From an uncultured Chloroflexia bacterium (GTDB taxonomy: Bacteria > Chloroflexota > Limnocylindria > Limnocylindrales > CSP1-4): DNA of 64,000 nucleotides. This document shows positions 56,110-64,000 of the stretch, in pieces. Each line of letters opens with the position of its first letter. Within the stretch, counting starts at the first letter, position 1. The DNA is taken from the NCBI GenBank assembly GCA_963809215.1, contig CAWEIJ010000002.1, forward strand, positions 1,492,201 through 1,556,200. Reading direction: 5' to 3'. The position numbers were made by a program, and so were the translations under genes. Under the pieces are notes generated by a model. That model was not told the DNA's origin. It saw only the letters and a program-made list of their open reading frames with translations, and ran no database searches.

Positions 56110-57144
56110 GTGAATCGACAAGTGATACCTCATCTGAGACTCGGTCCGAAAAGACTCACTGTGGTGATGCTCGCCACGACGATGCTTGTCGGCGCCTGCA
56201 GCGCCGCCGGCTCGACGCCGGGAGCCGGCCAGACGGCCGCGACAACGGCGCCGGCATCGCCCGCCTCGAGCGCTGTCCCGAGCTCCGTCGCCTCCGGGCC
56301 GCCGGTCGCCCCCCCGAGCCCGGTCGACTCGGGCCCGCCGATTCCCGTGCTCGGGGCGGAGAACTTCTACGCCGACCTCCTCACCCAGGTCGGTGGCTCG
56401 CGAGTCCAGGCAACAAGCCTCCTCAACGACCCGAACGCCGATCCGCACGCCTTCGAGGCGAGCCCCCAGGCGGCGGCGACCGTCGCCGACGCGAAGCTCG
56501 TGATCGTCAACGGCCTCGGCTACGACGACTTCATGCAGCACCTTCTGGACGCATCGCCGAGCGGGAGCCGGGCGGTGATCAACGTCCAGCAGCTCCTCGG
56601 CCTCTCGACGGACGTCAACGCCCACATCTGGTACGACCCGGGCACCATGCCGAAGGTCGCCGCCGCTGCGGAGGCCGCCCTCGCTGCCCTCGAGCCCGCG
56701 AACGCCGCCTACTTCGCCGCCCGCGAGCAGGCCTACCTCGCGTCGTTGGCCCCGCTGACCGCGAAGATCGCCGACCTTCGGGCGAAGGACTCCGGCGCCC
56801 CGGTGGCTTTCACGGAGCCGGTCGCTGGGTACCTCGCGAAGGCGATCGGCCTCCAGGTGCTCACCCCCGAGGGATTCCAGAAGGCGATCGAGGACGGCAC
56901 CGACCCGCCGCCCGCTGACGTCGCGACCGAGCGCGACCTCCTCACGGGGAAGAAGGTGCGGGTCCTCCTCTTCAACAGCCAGGTCATCACGCCGCTGACC
57001 ACCCAGATCCACGACCTCGCGGTCGCGAACGGCATCCCCGTGGTTGGGGTGGCCGAGACCATCCCGCCCCAGTACCACACGTACCAGGAGTGGCAGCTTG
57101 CCCAGATGAACGCCATCGAAGCAGCCCTCGCCACGGGCTCCTGA
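56110..57144 (+). CDS. metal (Zn/Mn) ABC transporter substrate-binding protein, cluster A-I (ZnuA/TroA-like)
   Basis: GTG start and signal/lipoprotein-like N-terminus (VVMLATTMLVGAC). VLGAENFYADLLTQVGG, DPHAFEASP and HIWYDP blocks are typical of TroA-fold SBPs. Confidence 0.8.
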   Translation: MNRQVIPHLRLGPKRLTVVMLATTMLVGACSAAGSTPGAGQTAATTAPASPASSAVPSSVASGPPVAPPSPVDSGPPIPVLGAENFYADLLTQVGGSRVQATSLLNDPNADPHAFEASPQAAATVADAKLVIVNGLGYDDFMQHLLDASPSGSRAVINVQQLLGLSTDVNAHIWYDPGTMPKVAAAAEAALAALEPANAAYFAAREQAYLASLAPLTAKIADLRAKDSGAPVAFTEPVAGYLAKAIGLQVLTPEGFQKAIEDGTDPPPADVATERDLLTGKKVRVLLFNSQVITPLTTQIHDLAVANGIPVVGVAETIPPQYHTYQEWQLAQMNAIEAALATGS

Positions 57145-57148
57145 GTCG

Positions 57149-57988
57149 ATGGACGCCGCCGCCATCCGCTTCGATCATGCCACCCTCGCCTACGGCGGCC
57201 GGGAGGTCTGGCAGGACATGTCCCTCGCATTCGAGGAGGGCAGCTTCGTCGCGGTCCTCGGGCCGAACGGGTCGGGCAAGACCTCGCTCCTGCGGGTCGT
57301 GCTCGGCCTGACGGGGCTCACGGCCGGGTCCGTCGAGGTTCTGCGGCGGCCGCCCCGGCGCGGCAATCCCGGCATCGGGTACGTGCCGCAGGGCCAGGCG
57401 TTCGACCGCGACCTGCCGCTCCGGGGCCGCGACCTCGTCGGGCTCGGGCTCGATGGCCACCGCTGGGGAATGGGCCGGCCGGATCGCGGCGCGCGCGCCC
57501 GCGTGGCAGCCGCGATCGCGTCGGTCGAGGCCGGCGCGTATGCGGATGCGCCGATCGGTCGACTCTCGGGCGGCGAGCAGCAGCGCCTGCGCATCGCCCA
57601 GGCCCTCGTCGGCGACCCGCAGCTGCTCCTCTGCGACGAGCCGCTGGCGCATCTCGACCTGCGTCACCAGGGCGAGATCACCGAGCTCATCGGCGGCTGG
57701 CATGCCCGCTCCGGGAGAACCGTCGTCTTCGTCACCCACGACGTCAACCCGGTGCTCGGGTTCGTCGACCGGGTGCTGTTCGTGGTCAACGGCCGCTGGG
57801 CGGCGGGCTCCCCCGACGAGATCCTGACCTCCGAGCGCCTCACCGAGCTCTACGGCTCGCACGTCGACGTGCTTCGCGTCCACGGGCGGATCCTCGTGGT
57901 CGGGGACGCGTTCGGGGCGGGCTTCGAGATCGAGGAACCGCACTACCTGCCGACGGTGGACGATGCGCCGTCGGGGGTCGTCCGATGA
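57149..57988 (+). CDS. metal ABC transporter ATP-binding protein (ZnuC-like)
   Basis: Walker A GPNGSGKTS, signature LSGGEQQR, Walker B LLLCDEP and H-loop VTHD. Confidence 0.85.
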   Translation: MDAAAIRFDHATLAYGGREVWQDMSLAFEEGSFVAVLGPNGSGKTSLLRVVLGLTGLTAGSVEVLRRPPRRGNPGIGYVPQGQAFDRDLPLRGRDLVGLGLDGHRWGMGRPDRGARARVAAAIASVEAGAYADAPIGRLSGGEQQRLRIAQALVGDPQLLLCDEPLAHLDLRHQGEITELIGGWHARSGRTVVFVTHDVNPVLGFVDRVLFVVNGRWAAGSPDEILTSERLTELYGSHVDVLRVHGRILVVGDAFGAGFEIEEPHYLPTVDDAPSGVVR

Positions 57989-58854
57989 TCGACCAGCTCG
58001 TCCATCTTCTCGGCTACGACTTCGTCCAGCACGCCATCGAGGCGGGCGTCGTCATCGCGATCGTGTCCGGCGTGGTCAGCCGCTTCGTCGTCGCGCGGAA
58101 CATGGCGTTCGCCGTCCACGCCCTCGCCGAGCTCGGCTTCACGGGGTCGGCCGGCGCGATCCTGCTCGGCGTCTCACCGGTGCTCGGTCTCCTCGTGGGC
58201 ACGTTCATGACCGCGCTCTTCATCGGCGGCCTGGGGGTCCGCGTGCGTGAACGCGACGCCGTGGTGGGCGTCGTCATGGCCTTCGGCCTCGGCCTCGGCG
58301 TGCTCTTCCTGTCGCTCTACCACGGCTTCGCGACGCAGGCCTTCTCGATCCTGTTCGGCGCGATCACGGGGGTGAGCAGCGGCGACGTCACGTTGCTCCT
58401 CGCGATCGGGGCGCTCACCCTCGCGGCGCTGGCGCTCGTCTACCGGCCGCTCCTGTTCGCGACGGTCGATCCAGAGGTGGCCGAGGCACGCGGCGTGCCC
58501 GTCGCGCTCCTCGCGGTCGCCTTCCTGCTCATCCTCGCCGCCGCGGTCGCCGAGGCCGTCCAGGTCGTCGGCGTGCTCCTCATCCTGACCCTGCTCATCA
58601 CGCCGGGCGCAACCGCCGAGCACCTCACCTCGGCACCGGGCCGGGCAACCGCCGCCAGCGTCGGCATCGCCCTGTTCGCCGTGCTCGGCGGGATCCTCCT
58701 GTCGCTCGTGACGAACGTCCCCGTGAGCGTCTTCGTGACCTCGCTCAGCTTTGCCTGCTACCTCGGCGCGCGGTTCCTCGTGGGTCCGCGCCTGCTCGGG
58801 CGGAGCCGGGCAACCGGCGCGGCGCTGCGCTCAGCCTCAGCTGCGGCCGAGTGA
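57985..58854 (+). CDS. metal ABC transporter permease (ZnuB-like)
   Basis: Start overlaps the upstream stop. 289 aa with 8-9 TM helices and the ABC-3 family pattern. Confidence 0.85.
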   Translation: MIDQLVHLLGYDFVQHAIEAGVVIAIVSGVVSRFVVARNMAFAVHALAELGFTGSAGAILLGVSPVLGLLVGTFMTALFIGGLGVRVRERDAVVGVVMAFGLGLGVLFLSLYHGFATQAFSILFGAITGVSSGDVTLLLAIGALTLAALALVYRPLLFATVDPEVAEARGVPVALLAVAFLLILAAAVAEAVQVVGVLLILTLLITPGATAEHLTSAPGRATAASVGIALFAVLGGILLSLVTNVPVSVFVTSLSFACYLGARFLVGPRLLGRSRATGAALRSASAAAE

Positions 58855-58927
58855 GGCTCGGCGTGCGAGGCCGACGCGCAGGGTGACAACGGCCGACACA
58901 GCCGTCCGAGCCGGCGTCGTGCGGGAG

Positions 58928-59003
58928 TGGCGCCCCCGGCAGGAGTCGAACCCGCAACCAACCGGGTAGAAACCGGTCGCTCTGTCCATTGAGCTACGGG
59001 GGC
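58928..59003 (-). tRNA. tRNA-Arg (anticodon UCU), CCA encoded
   Basis: Manual cloverleaf: acceptor GCCCCCG/CGGGGGC, D arm GCTC..GAGC, anticodon stem ACCGG/CCGGT with loop TTTCTAC, T arm GCGGG-TTCGACT-CCTGC, discriminator G then CCA. Confidence 0.9.
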
Positions 59004-59179
59004 AGGCCCTAGCGTAGCCCAAGATCGAACCGGTTCGACCGCCGAACCGACGTGCGCCCAGGCGACAGCCTGCGCCGCGCCCGATCTGCGCCCGCAGCGC
59101 TCGGCCCGCCGAACGCCCGTGCTATGCTCCCGGCCCCGCGGACGGCCCAACGCCCGGCCGGGACAACGGAGGTGCCAGG

Positions 59180-60778
59180 GTGGTCGCGGACCATGTGGTC
59201 GCGGACCAGCGCGTGACCCGCGTTGCCGACCCCGCGCTCCCGGCTGCACCGCAACCCGCCCTTCGGCCGCCGATCGAGATCCGGGGCATGCCCCGGCGTG
59301 CCGAGCACCCGGTGGCACCGCATCCGGAGACGGACCCGCTGCCCTCCTCCGCGCAGCTCGACCTGGACCTCGTCCGCGAGCTCCCGCGCCTGCCCATCGA
59401 GGCCGACTGGAAGGATCGCGACCGTCTCTGGGGCCACGCCTTCCACCCGATGTGCTCGTACCTCGCGAGCTTTCCCGCGACGCTCGCCCACGCGTTCGTC
59501 GCCCGGTACTCCCGGCCGGGAGACGTCGTGCTGGACCCGTTCGCCGGCCGCGGGACGGTTCCCCTGCAGGCCTGCGTCGAGGGTCGGCTGGGTGTCGGCA
59601 ACGACCTCAACCCGTTCGCGCACGTCCTGACCGCCGCGAAGGTCGACCCGCCAACCGCGGGCGAGGCCGCCGCTCGCCTTGCGCGGCTGCGCATCGACTG
59701 GTCTTTCGAGGCCGCCGCCTGGCTCGACCTCGGCGCAGCCCTGGCCGCGGCGGCGTGCCAGGCGCTCGCTGACCCCGGCCCGGCCGCCCGGCGCGGCGGG
59801 CATGCCCTCCCCGTCCCCGGCGTCGCGGTCCCCGGCGCCGGATCCGGCAGGTCCGTGACGATGGGCAGCGAGCCCGTGCCGCTCGAGGTCGCGCTGGCCT
59901 ATCACCCGCGGACGCTCGGCCAGCTCCTGTTCGTGCGCAGCCGCCTCGACCTCGCCGACAGGACGGACCGTTTCCTCGCCGCCGCCGTGACCGGGATCCT
60001 CCACGGGAAGAGCCGCAGCTATCTCTCCGAGCTCATGCCGAACACCTTCAGCATGGCGCCCCGCTACGTCCGCGACTTCGCGCGGCGGACAGGATTCATC
60101 GGTGCCGACCGGGACGTCTTCGCCTGCCTGGGCGAGAAGCTCGGGCGGCTGGATCGCGACGGACGCCCGGCCGTGCGCGGCATCGCGCTCCTCGGCGACG
60201 CCCGTGATGCAGGCGCCCGGATGCGGGCGGCCCTGCGCGAGCGGGCGCTTCCCGATCGGGCACGGCTCGTCGTGACCTCGCCGCCGTACCTCCGGGTCCT
60301 CAAGTACGGGTACTACAACTGGCTGCGGGCCTGGTTCCTGGGCTTCGACGCGGCGCAGATCGACCGGACCCTCGACGACGCCCACCGGCGCGAGCCCTAC
60401 CTCGTCTTCCTGCGCGAGACCCTCGCCGGCCTGCGCCCGGCGCTCGCCGACGACGCCGTCATCGTCCTCGTGATCGGTGACGTCGATTCGGACCGCGGCA
60501 AGCGCATCGGCGACGGCGTGGGCCTTGCCGACGCGACCTGGGAGGCCGCAGCGGAGCCAGAGGGCTACCGGCTCGCGGGGATCGTCCTGGACCCGGTTGC
60601 CGCGCCGCGCAAGATGACGAAGCTCTGGGGCGAGGCTGCCGGACACGCGACGAAGACGGACCGGATCCTGGTCCTCGGCGCCACGGAGGCCGGCCGGCGC
60701 CGGGCGCTGGCCGGGGCCGGGATGCCCGTTCGATGGGACGGGTCGCGCGGATGGGCCTCCGCTACACTCCGGCCATGA
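59180..60778 (+). CDS. putative DNA (N4-cytosine or N6-adenine) methyltransferase with permuted motif order (FxGxG before SPPY)
   Basis: HPMCSYLASFPATLAHAFVARYSRPGDVVLDPFAGRGT (SAM-binding motif I context, aa about 89-126) and LVVTSPPYLRVLKYGYYNW (motif IV, aa about 364-380). The start is uncertain, with an alternative Met at aa 37. Confidence 0.6.
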   Translation: MVADHVVADQRVTRVADPALPAAPQPALRPPIEIRGMPRRAEHPVAPHPETDPLPSSAQLDLDLVRELPRLPIEADWKDRDRLWGHAFHPMCSYLASFPATLAHAFVARYSRPGDVVLDPFAGRGTVPLQACVEGRLGVGNDLNPFAHVLTAAKVDPPTAGEAAARLARLRIDWSFEAAAWLDLGAALAAAACQALADPGPAARRGGHALPVPGVAVPGAGSGRSVTMGSEPVPLEVALAYHPRTLGQLLFVRSRLDLADRTDRFLAAAVTGILHGKSRSYLSELMPNTFSMAPRYVRDFARRTGFIGADRDVFACLGEKLGRLDRDGRPAVRGIALLGDARDAGARMRAALRERALPDRARLVVTSPPYLRVLKYGYYNWLRAWFLGFDAAQIDRTLDDAHRREPYLVFLRETLAGLRPALADDAVIVLVIGDVDSDRGKRIGDGVGLADATWEAAAEPEGYRLAGIVLDPVAAPRKMTKLWGEAAGHATKTDRILVLGATEAGRRRALAGAGMPVRWDGSRGWASATLRP

Positions 60779-61002
60779 AGCCGATGTTCCACCCGGACGA
60801 CCTCGCGGCGATGGACCCGCTCGTCCTGATGAAGAACCTCGACCACGTGCGGATGACCAGCCGTCGCCTCAGCTACGTCCTCCAGCAGCAGGTCCACCTC
60901 TACACGCCGGAGGCGAACCGGCTGCGCGAGGAGATCGACACCTACGTGGAGGCGGAGCGCCAGATCGAGGGCGAGATGTCGCGGCGGGCCATCCGGGCCT
61001 GA
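60775..61002 (+). CDS. hypothetical 75-aa helical protein, translationally coupled to the methyltransferase
   Basis: ATG 60775 overlaps the MTase stop (ATGA). MKPMFHPDDLAAMDPLVLMKNLDHVRM...EANRLREEIDTYVEAERQIEGEM is coiled-coil-like. Confidence 0.45.
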   Translation: MKPMFHPDDLAAMDPLVLMKNLDHVRMTSRRLSYVLQQQVHLYTPEANRLREEIDTYVEAERQIEGEMSRRAIRA

Positions 61003-61015
61003 CCCCGAACCCCGG

Positions 61016-61351
61016 TCACGCGATGGTGACGGGCCGCTCCTCGGCGACGCGAACAACGACCGCCACCCCGCGCCGTGCCGTCAGCCCGCCGCGCCGCACC
61101 GCCTGGGGCTCATCGGCGATGACGGCCGCCACCGTCGCCGCGAGGCGCGTCGTCTCGAACAGGCTGAATCCGATCCCGAGCTCACCGAGCTCGGCGAACC
61201 CGTACCCCCGGAACAGCCGGCGCGTCGCCACGACGCACATCTCGTCGTAGAGCTCCGGCCACCCGACACGCCTCCGGTCGCGACAGAATCGGACGAACTC
61301 GGCGGCCTCCCGGCTGGGCGTTCCGGGCATGCGGGTACACGGGTCCATCAA
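61016..61351 (-). CDS. hypothetical protein (about 110 aa)
   Basis: GGAGGAGAG SD upstream of TTG 61351 / ATG 61348. Balanced composition (WPELYDEMCVVATRRLFRGYGFAELGELGIGFSLFE). No motif recognised. Confidence 0.45.
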   Translation of the reverse strand: MMDPCTRMPGTPSREAAEFVRFCRDRRRVGWPELYDEMCVVATRRLFRGYGFAELGELGIGFSLFETTRLAATVAAVIADEPQAVRRGGLTARRGVAVVVRVAEERPVTIA

Positions 61352-61720
61352 TCTCGACTCTCCTCCGCCGGGCAGCGCGTCGCGCAGCCTGGCCTCCGTG
61401 GCGTGGGCAGCCCCCGCGAGTTCGTGCGGTTCGGCTGCTCGTCCGGGACGACGTACGTCCCGCCGGTGTCACCGTCAGCTCCCTCATCCGGCGACCCCGG
61501 AATGGTACTCGCCGGGAGCCGCTTGCCGTAAGGGCCTTGTCCACCATCTGCCGCCCCGACTTGTCCACAGCGACGGGCGTTCGGTGGATGGATCGGCGTC
61601 GCCGGGTGGACAGCGGCGGGTCGCACGAGGGCAGCGCCAGGGACGAGCGAGGGCCGCCGAGGGACGAATGGCGCACCGACCCTGAACGCGCGTCCTGCCG
61701 AGGGCCCGGTATGCGAGCTG

Positions 61721-62794
61721 TCAGGCCCGGCGCACGACCCCGTGGCCAGGCGCGTCTGTCAGGCGCCAGCGGCAGTCCGCCCCGAGCTCGAGGCCGGTGA
61801 ACGGGTCGTCGGCCAGGAGCAGGCAGCCGTCGAGGTCCACCCACTCGGCGAGGCTCGCGACCGCGGCGGACGCGGCAATCCCGACCGAGGTCTCCTCCAT
61901 GCAGCCGAGGAAGGTCCGGAAGCCGAGCTCGCGTGCCCGGGTCAGCATGCGGGCCGCGGGACCCACGCCGCCGCACTTCGCAAGCTTCACGTTGACCCCG
62001 TCGACGACGCCGACGAGCGCGTCGAGGTCCTCGATCGTGACCGCCGACTCGTCGGCGACGATCGGCAGTGGCGAGATGGCCTGGAGGTCGCGGAGCCACT
62101 CGTAGCGTCGCGGGGGGAACGGCTGCTCGATCAGCTCGACGCCCAGGCGGACGAGCTCCGGCACGATCGCCGCCGCGCTGTCGGGCGTCCAGCCGACGTT
62201 GGCGTCGACCCGGATCGGACCGTGGAAGACGGCCCGGACGGCCTCCAGCGTGGCGAGGTCGTTTGCGCCGCCGACCTTGATCTTGAGCGCCGGGAAGCTC
62301 GCGCGGCGGCGGGCGCGTTCGGCAACCACCGACGGCTCGTCGATTCCGAGCGTGAAGTCGGTCGGGGGGATCTCGGGCGAGAGCCCGAGCAGCCGGTGGA
62401 TCGGCAGCCCCAGCGCCTTGCCCGCGAGGTCATGCAGCGCGATGTCGAGCGCGCACTTGGCGGCGCCGTGGCCGCGGATCGCACCGTCGAACGCGGCGGC
62501 GATGGCGGCAAGCCCGGCCCGCGCGGAGTCGAGGCCGCCCGTGTCGAGCATCTCGGGCGGCGCCGCGGCGAGCAGCAGGTCCATGACGACGGCCATCGTG
62601 CCGGGGTTCTCGCCGTAGTAGGTCTCGGGGCAGCCCTCGCCGACGCCGACGAGGCCGGGCAGCGCGGGCGAACGCAGCTCGACCACGACGGTCGTCACGG
62701 CCTGGCCCTCGCCCGGCGCCGCCCGGGCGATGACGAACGGATCCGCGAAGGGCAGGCGCAGCGTCTCGACCCGGAGGTCCCAGCCCGGGCTCAC
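61721..62794 (-). CDS. enolase-superfamily dipeptide epimerase (L-Ala-D/L-Glu epimerase-like)
   Basis: GTG 62794 overlaps the upstream stop (GTGA). KCALDIALHDLAGKALGLPIHRLLG, KIKVG, IRVDANVGW, IEQPFP, IVADES and VNVKLAKCGG match the MR/MLE barrel with its catalytic Lys pair. Confidence 0.85.
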   Translation of the reverse strand: MSPGWDLRVETLRLPFADPFVIARAAPGEGQAVTTVVVELRSPALPGLVGVGEGCPETYYGENPGTMAVVMDLLLAAAPPEMLDTGGLDSARAGLAAIAAAFDGAIRGHGAAKCALDIALHDLAGKALGLPIHRLLGLSPEIPPTDFTLGIDEPSVVAERARRRASFPALKIKVGGANDLATLEAVRAVFHGPIRVDANVGWTPDSAAAIVPELVRLGVELIEQPFPPRRYEWLRDLQAISPLPIVADESAVTIEDLDALVGVVDGVNVKLAKCGGVGPAARMLTRARELGFRTFLGCMEETSVGIAASAAVASLAEWVDLDGCLLLADDPFTGLELGADCRWRLTDAPGHGVVRRA

Positions 62795-63916
62795 GCGCCG
62801 GCCTCCGCGCCCGTCGCGCTCGCGCCGGCGACCCAGGGAAGCGCGTCCACGGCCTCGCGGATCGCTGCCCAGAGCGGCCCCGCCCCGAAACGAACCGGGT
62901 CGTCGGTCGGAAGTCCCGTCTCGGCGGCGACCTGGGCGATCGCGCGACGGGCGTCCGCCTCGCCGGGGACGAGCGACGTGTTCACGGCCACCGCCACGAC
63001 CTTCGACGGTGCCACGGTCGCGGCGATCCGCTCGTGCAGCTCGATGAACGGCCGCAGCGGGGCGATCGGGAAGGACCGGTCCGGCAGGTGGTCGAAGTCG
63101 TGGGCCGCAAGGCCGATCTTGTGGACGAGCACCATCGCGTGCGGGGTCGCGCCGTGGATCAGGCCGAGGGTCACCGAGCTGTACGCGGGGTGATCGAGCG
63201 AGCCCTGGCCCTCCACGAGGATCCAGTCCCCCATCGCCTCTCCCTGCTCCACGAGCCACTCGACCGTCCCGTTGAGGAAGTCGCTGATGACGCGGTCGAC
63301 GGCGACGCCCCAGCCGTCGATCATCATGCCGGTCTGGCCGCTCGGGACGAAGACGGCCCGGTCGCCGGCCGCGAGCGCCGCCCGGCGGAGATCCAGGGCG
63401 ACAGACATCTTGCCGATGGCGCAGTCCGTGCCCACGGTCAGGATCACGCGGCGGCCCGGCAGGTGGCGCCGGCCGACGGCGCAGTCCATCCGGTCGGGTG
63501 CCCGGCGGTAGTCCACGATCCGGACGCCGGCCGCAGCGGCCGCGGCGGCGATCTGCGGGTCGTCGCCGAGGAGCGTGTGGAGCCCCGAGTGCAGCTCGAG
63601 CCCGGCCGCGATGGCCTCGAGGAGCACCGCGCGCCACGCGTCGGGGAGGCGGCCCGCCGGTCGGCGCGATGCCGACGAGGAGCGCGTTCGGGCGCGGGCG
63701 CCCGGGCATCGCGAGGGCCTCGCCGAGGGTCGCCACGGCCGGGATGTCGTGGCCCGGGATCCACTCCTCCACGTTCCGCCCGGCGATCGTCGAGTCGAGG
63801 ATCGCCACGATCTCGTCGCGGCCGTAGCGGATGACGCCCCACGCGGTCTTGGCGTGGTGTGGACCGAACTCGCCCTCGGTCAGGATCACGAGCCGGCGCC
63901 TCGCCGTCGGTTCCAT
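62791..63916 (-). pseudogene. DUF1611-family protein (P-loop-like, commonly paired with dipeptide epimerases), one extra base at about 63651-63652
   Basis: Frame of 63916 reads MEPTARRRLVILTEGEFGPHHAKTAWGVIRYGRDEIVAILD...LLVGIAPTGG. The +1 frame continues RLPDAWRAVLLEAIAAGLELHSGLH...ILTVGTDCAIGKMSVAL...ILVEGQGSLDHPAYS to the stop at 62791. Confidence 0.75.
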
Positions 63917-64000
63917 CGGTCCTCCTGGGCTCCCTGCACGTCCGCCGCGTGGTCGCGAAAAGGTAACGCCCCCGGGGCGCGGACCGGGGGCGTCGGTGAC

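Noticed and set aside
55138-57165. 675-aa minus-strand ORF
   Set aside because: It is antisense to the Fur-family regulator and the metal-binding SBP, both of which have clear family motifs.
58928-61351. Genomic island integrated at tRNA-Arg carrying the methyltransferase
   Set aside because: The methyltransferase lies on the 5' side of the tRNA, not at its 3' end. There is no integrase or recombinase, no duplicated tRNA 3' fragment that I could see, and no visible drop in G+C.
61742-63193. 483-aa plus-strand ORF and the 305-aa ORF at 61182-62099 (minus)
   Set aside because: They are shadow frames over the dipeptide epimerase/DUF1611 genes, with Arg/Gly/Pro-rich translations and no motifs.

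Overview
Very GC-rich chromosomal segment. By eye it is well above 65% G+C, with GC3-saturated codons, many GTG starts and many ATGA/GTGA stop-start overlaps, so it is probably from an actinobacterium-like organism. I can support about 65 protein-coding genes and two tRNAs (Lys-CUU, Arg-UCU). I saw no rRNA, CRISPR array, transposase, integrase or phage genes. Content is mostly core metabolism and housekeeping. In order along the window: an Ada-AlkA-Ogt alkylation-repair fusion, a rhomboid protease, an SRAP peptidase, an ECF sigma/anti-sigma operon, an M16 peptidase pair, gpt-carA-carB, a beta-oxidation-like operon (hydroxyacyl-CoA DH, acyl-CoA DH, thiolase, aldehyde DH), MeaB plus the B12-binding subunit of methylmalonyl-CoA mutase (catalytic subunit 6.4 kb away), folE, thioredoxin, a tungstate/molybdate uptake locus (tupABC, mop, orphan modB, MerR-TOBE regulator), a Fur/Zur-type regulator with a metal ABC importer, an orphan SPPY DNA methyltransferase, and a dipeptide-epimerase/DUF1611 pair. 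I did not find a convincing new multi-gene system. The strongest observations are: (1) about 17 frame disruptions, each explainable by one extra base, with about 10 of them concentrated in a single tyrosine-phenol-lyase/tryptophanase homologue; (2) a carA leader with tandem PyrR-box-like hairpins, a strong SD and a 22-codon uORF overlapping the carA ATG; (3) unusual fusions (Ada-AlkA-Ogt, and an acyl-CoA dehydrogenase with a two-TM tail); (4) an atypical Mo/W locus; (5) a permuted SPPY methyltransferase translationally coupled to a small ORF. All homology statements come from reading the translations by eye; no database was searched.
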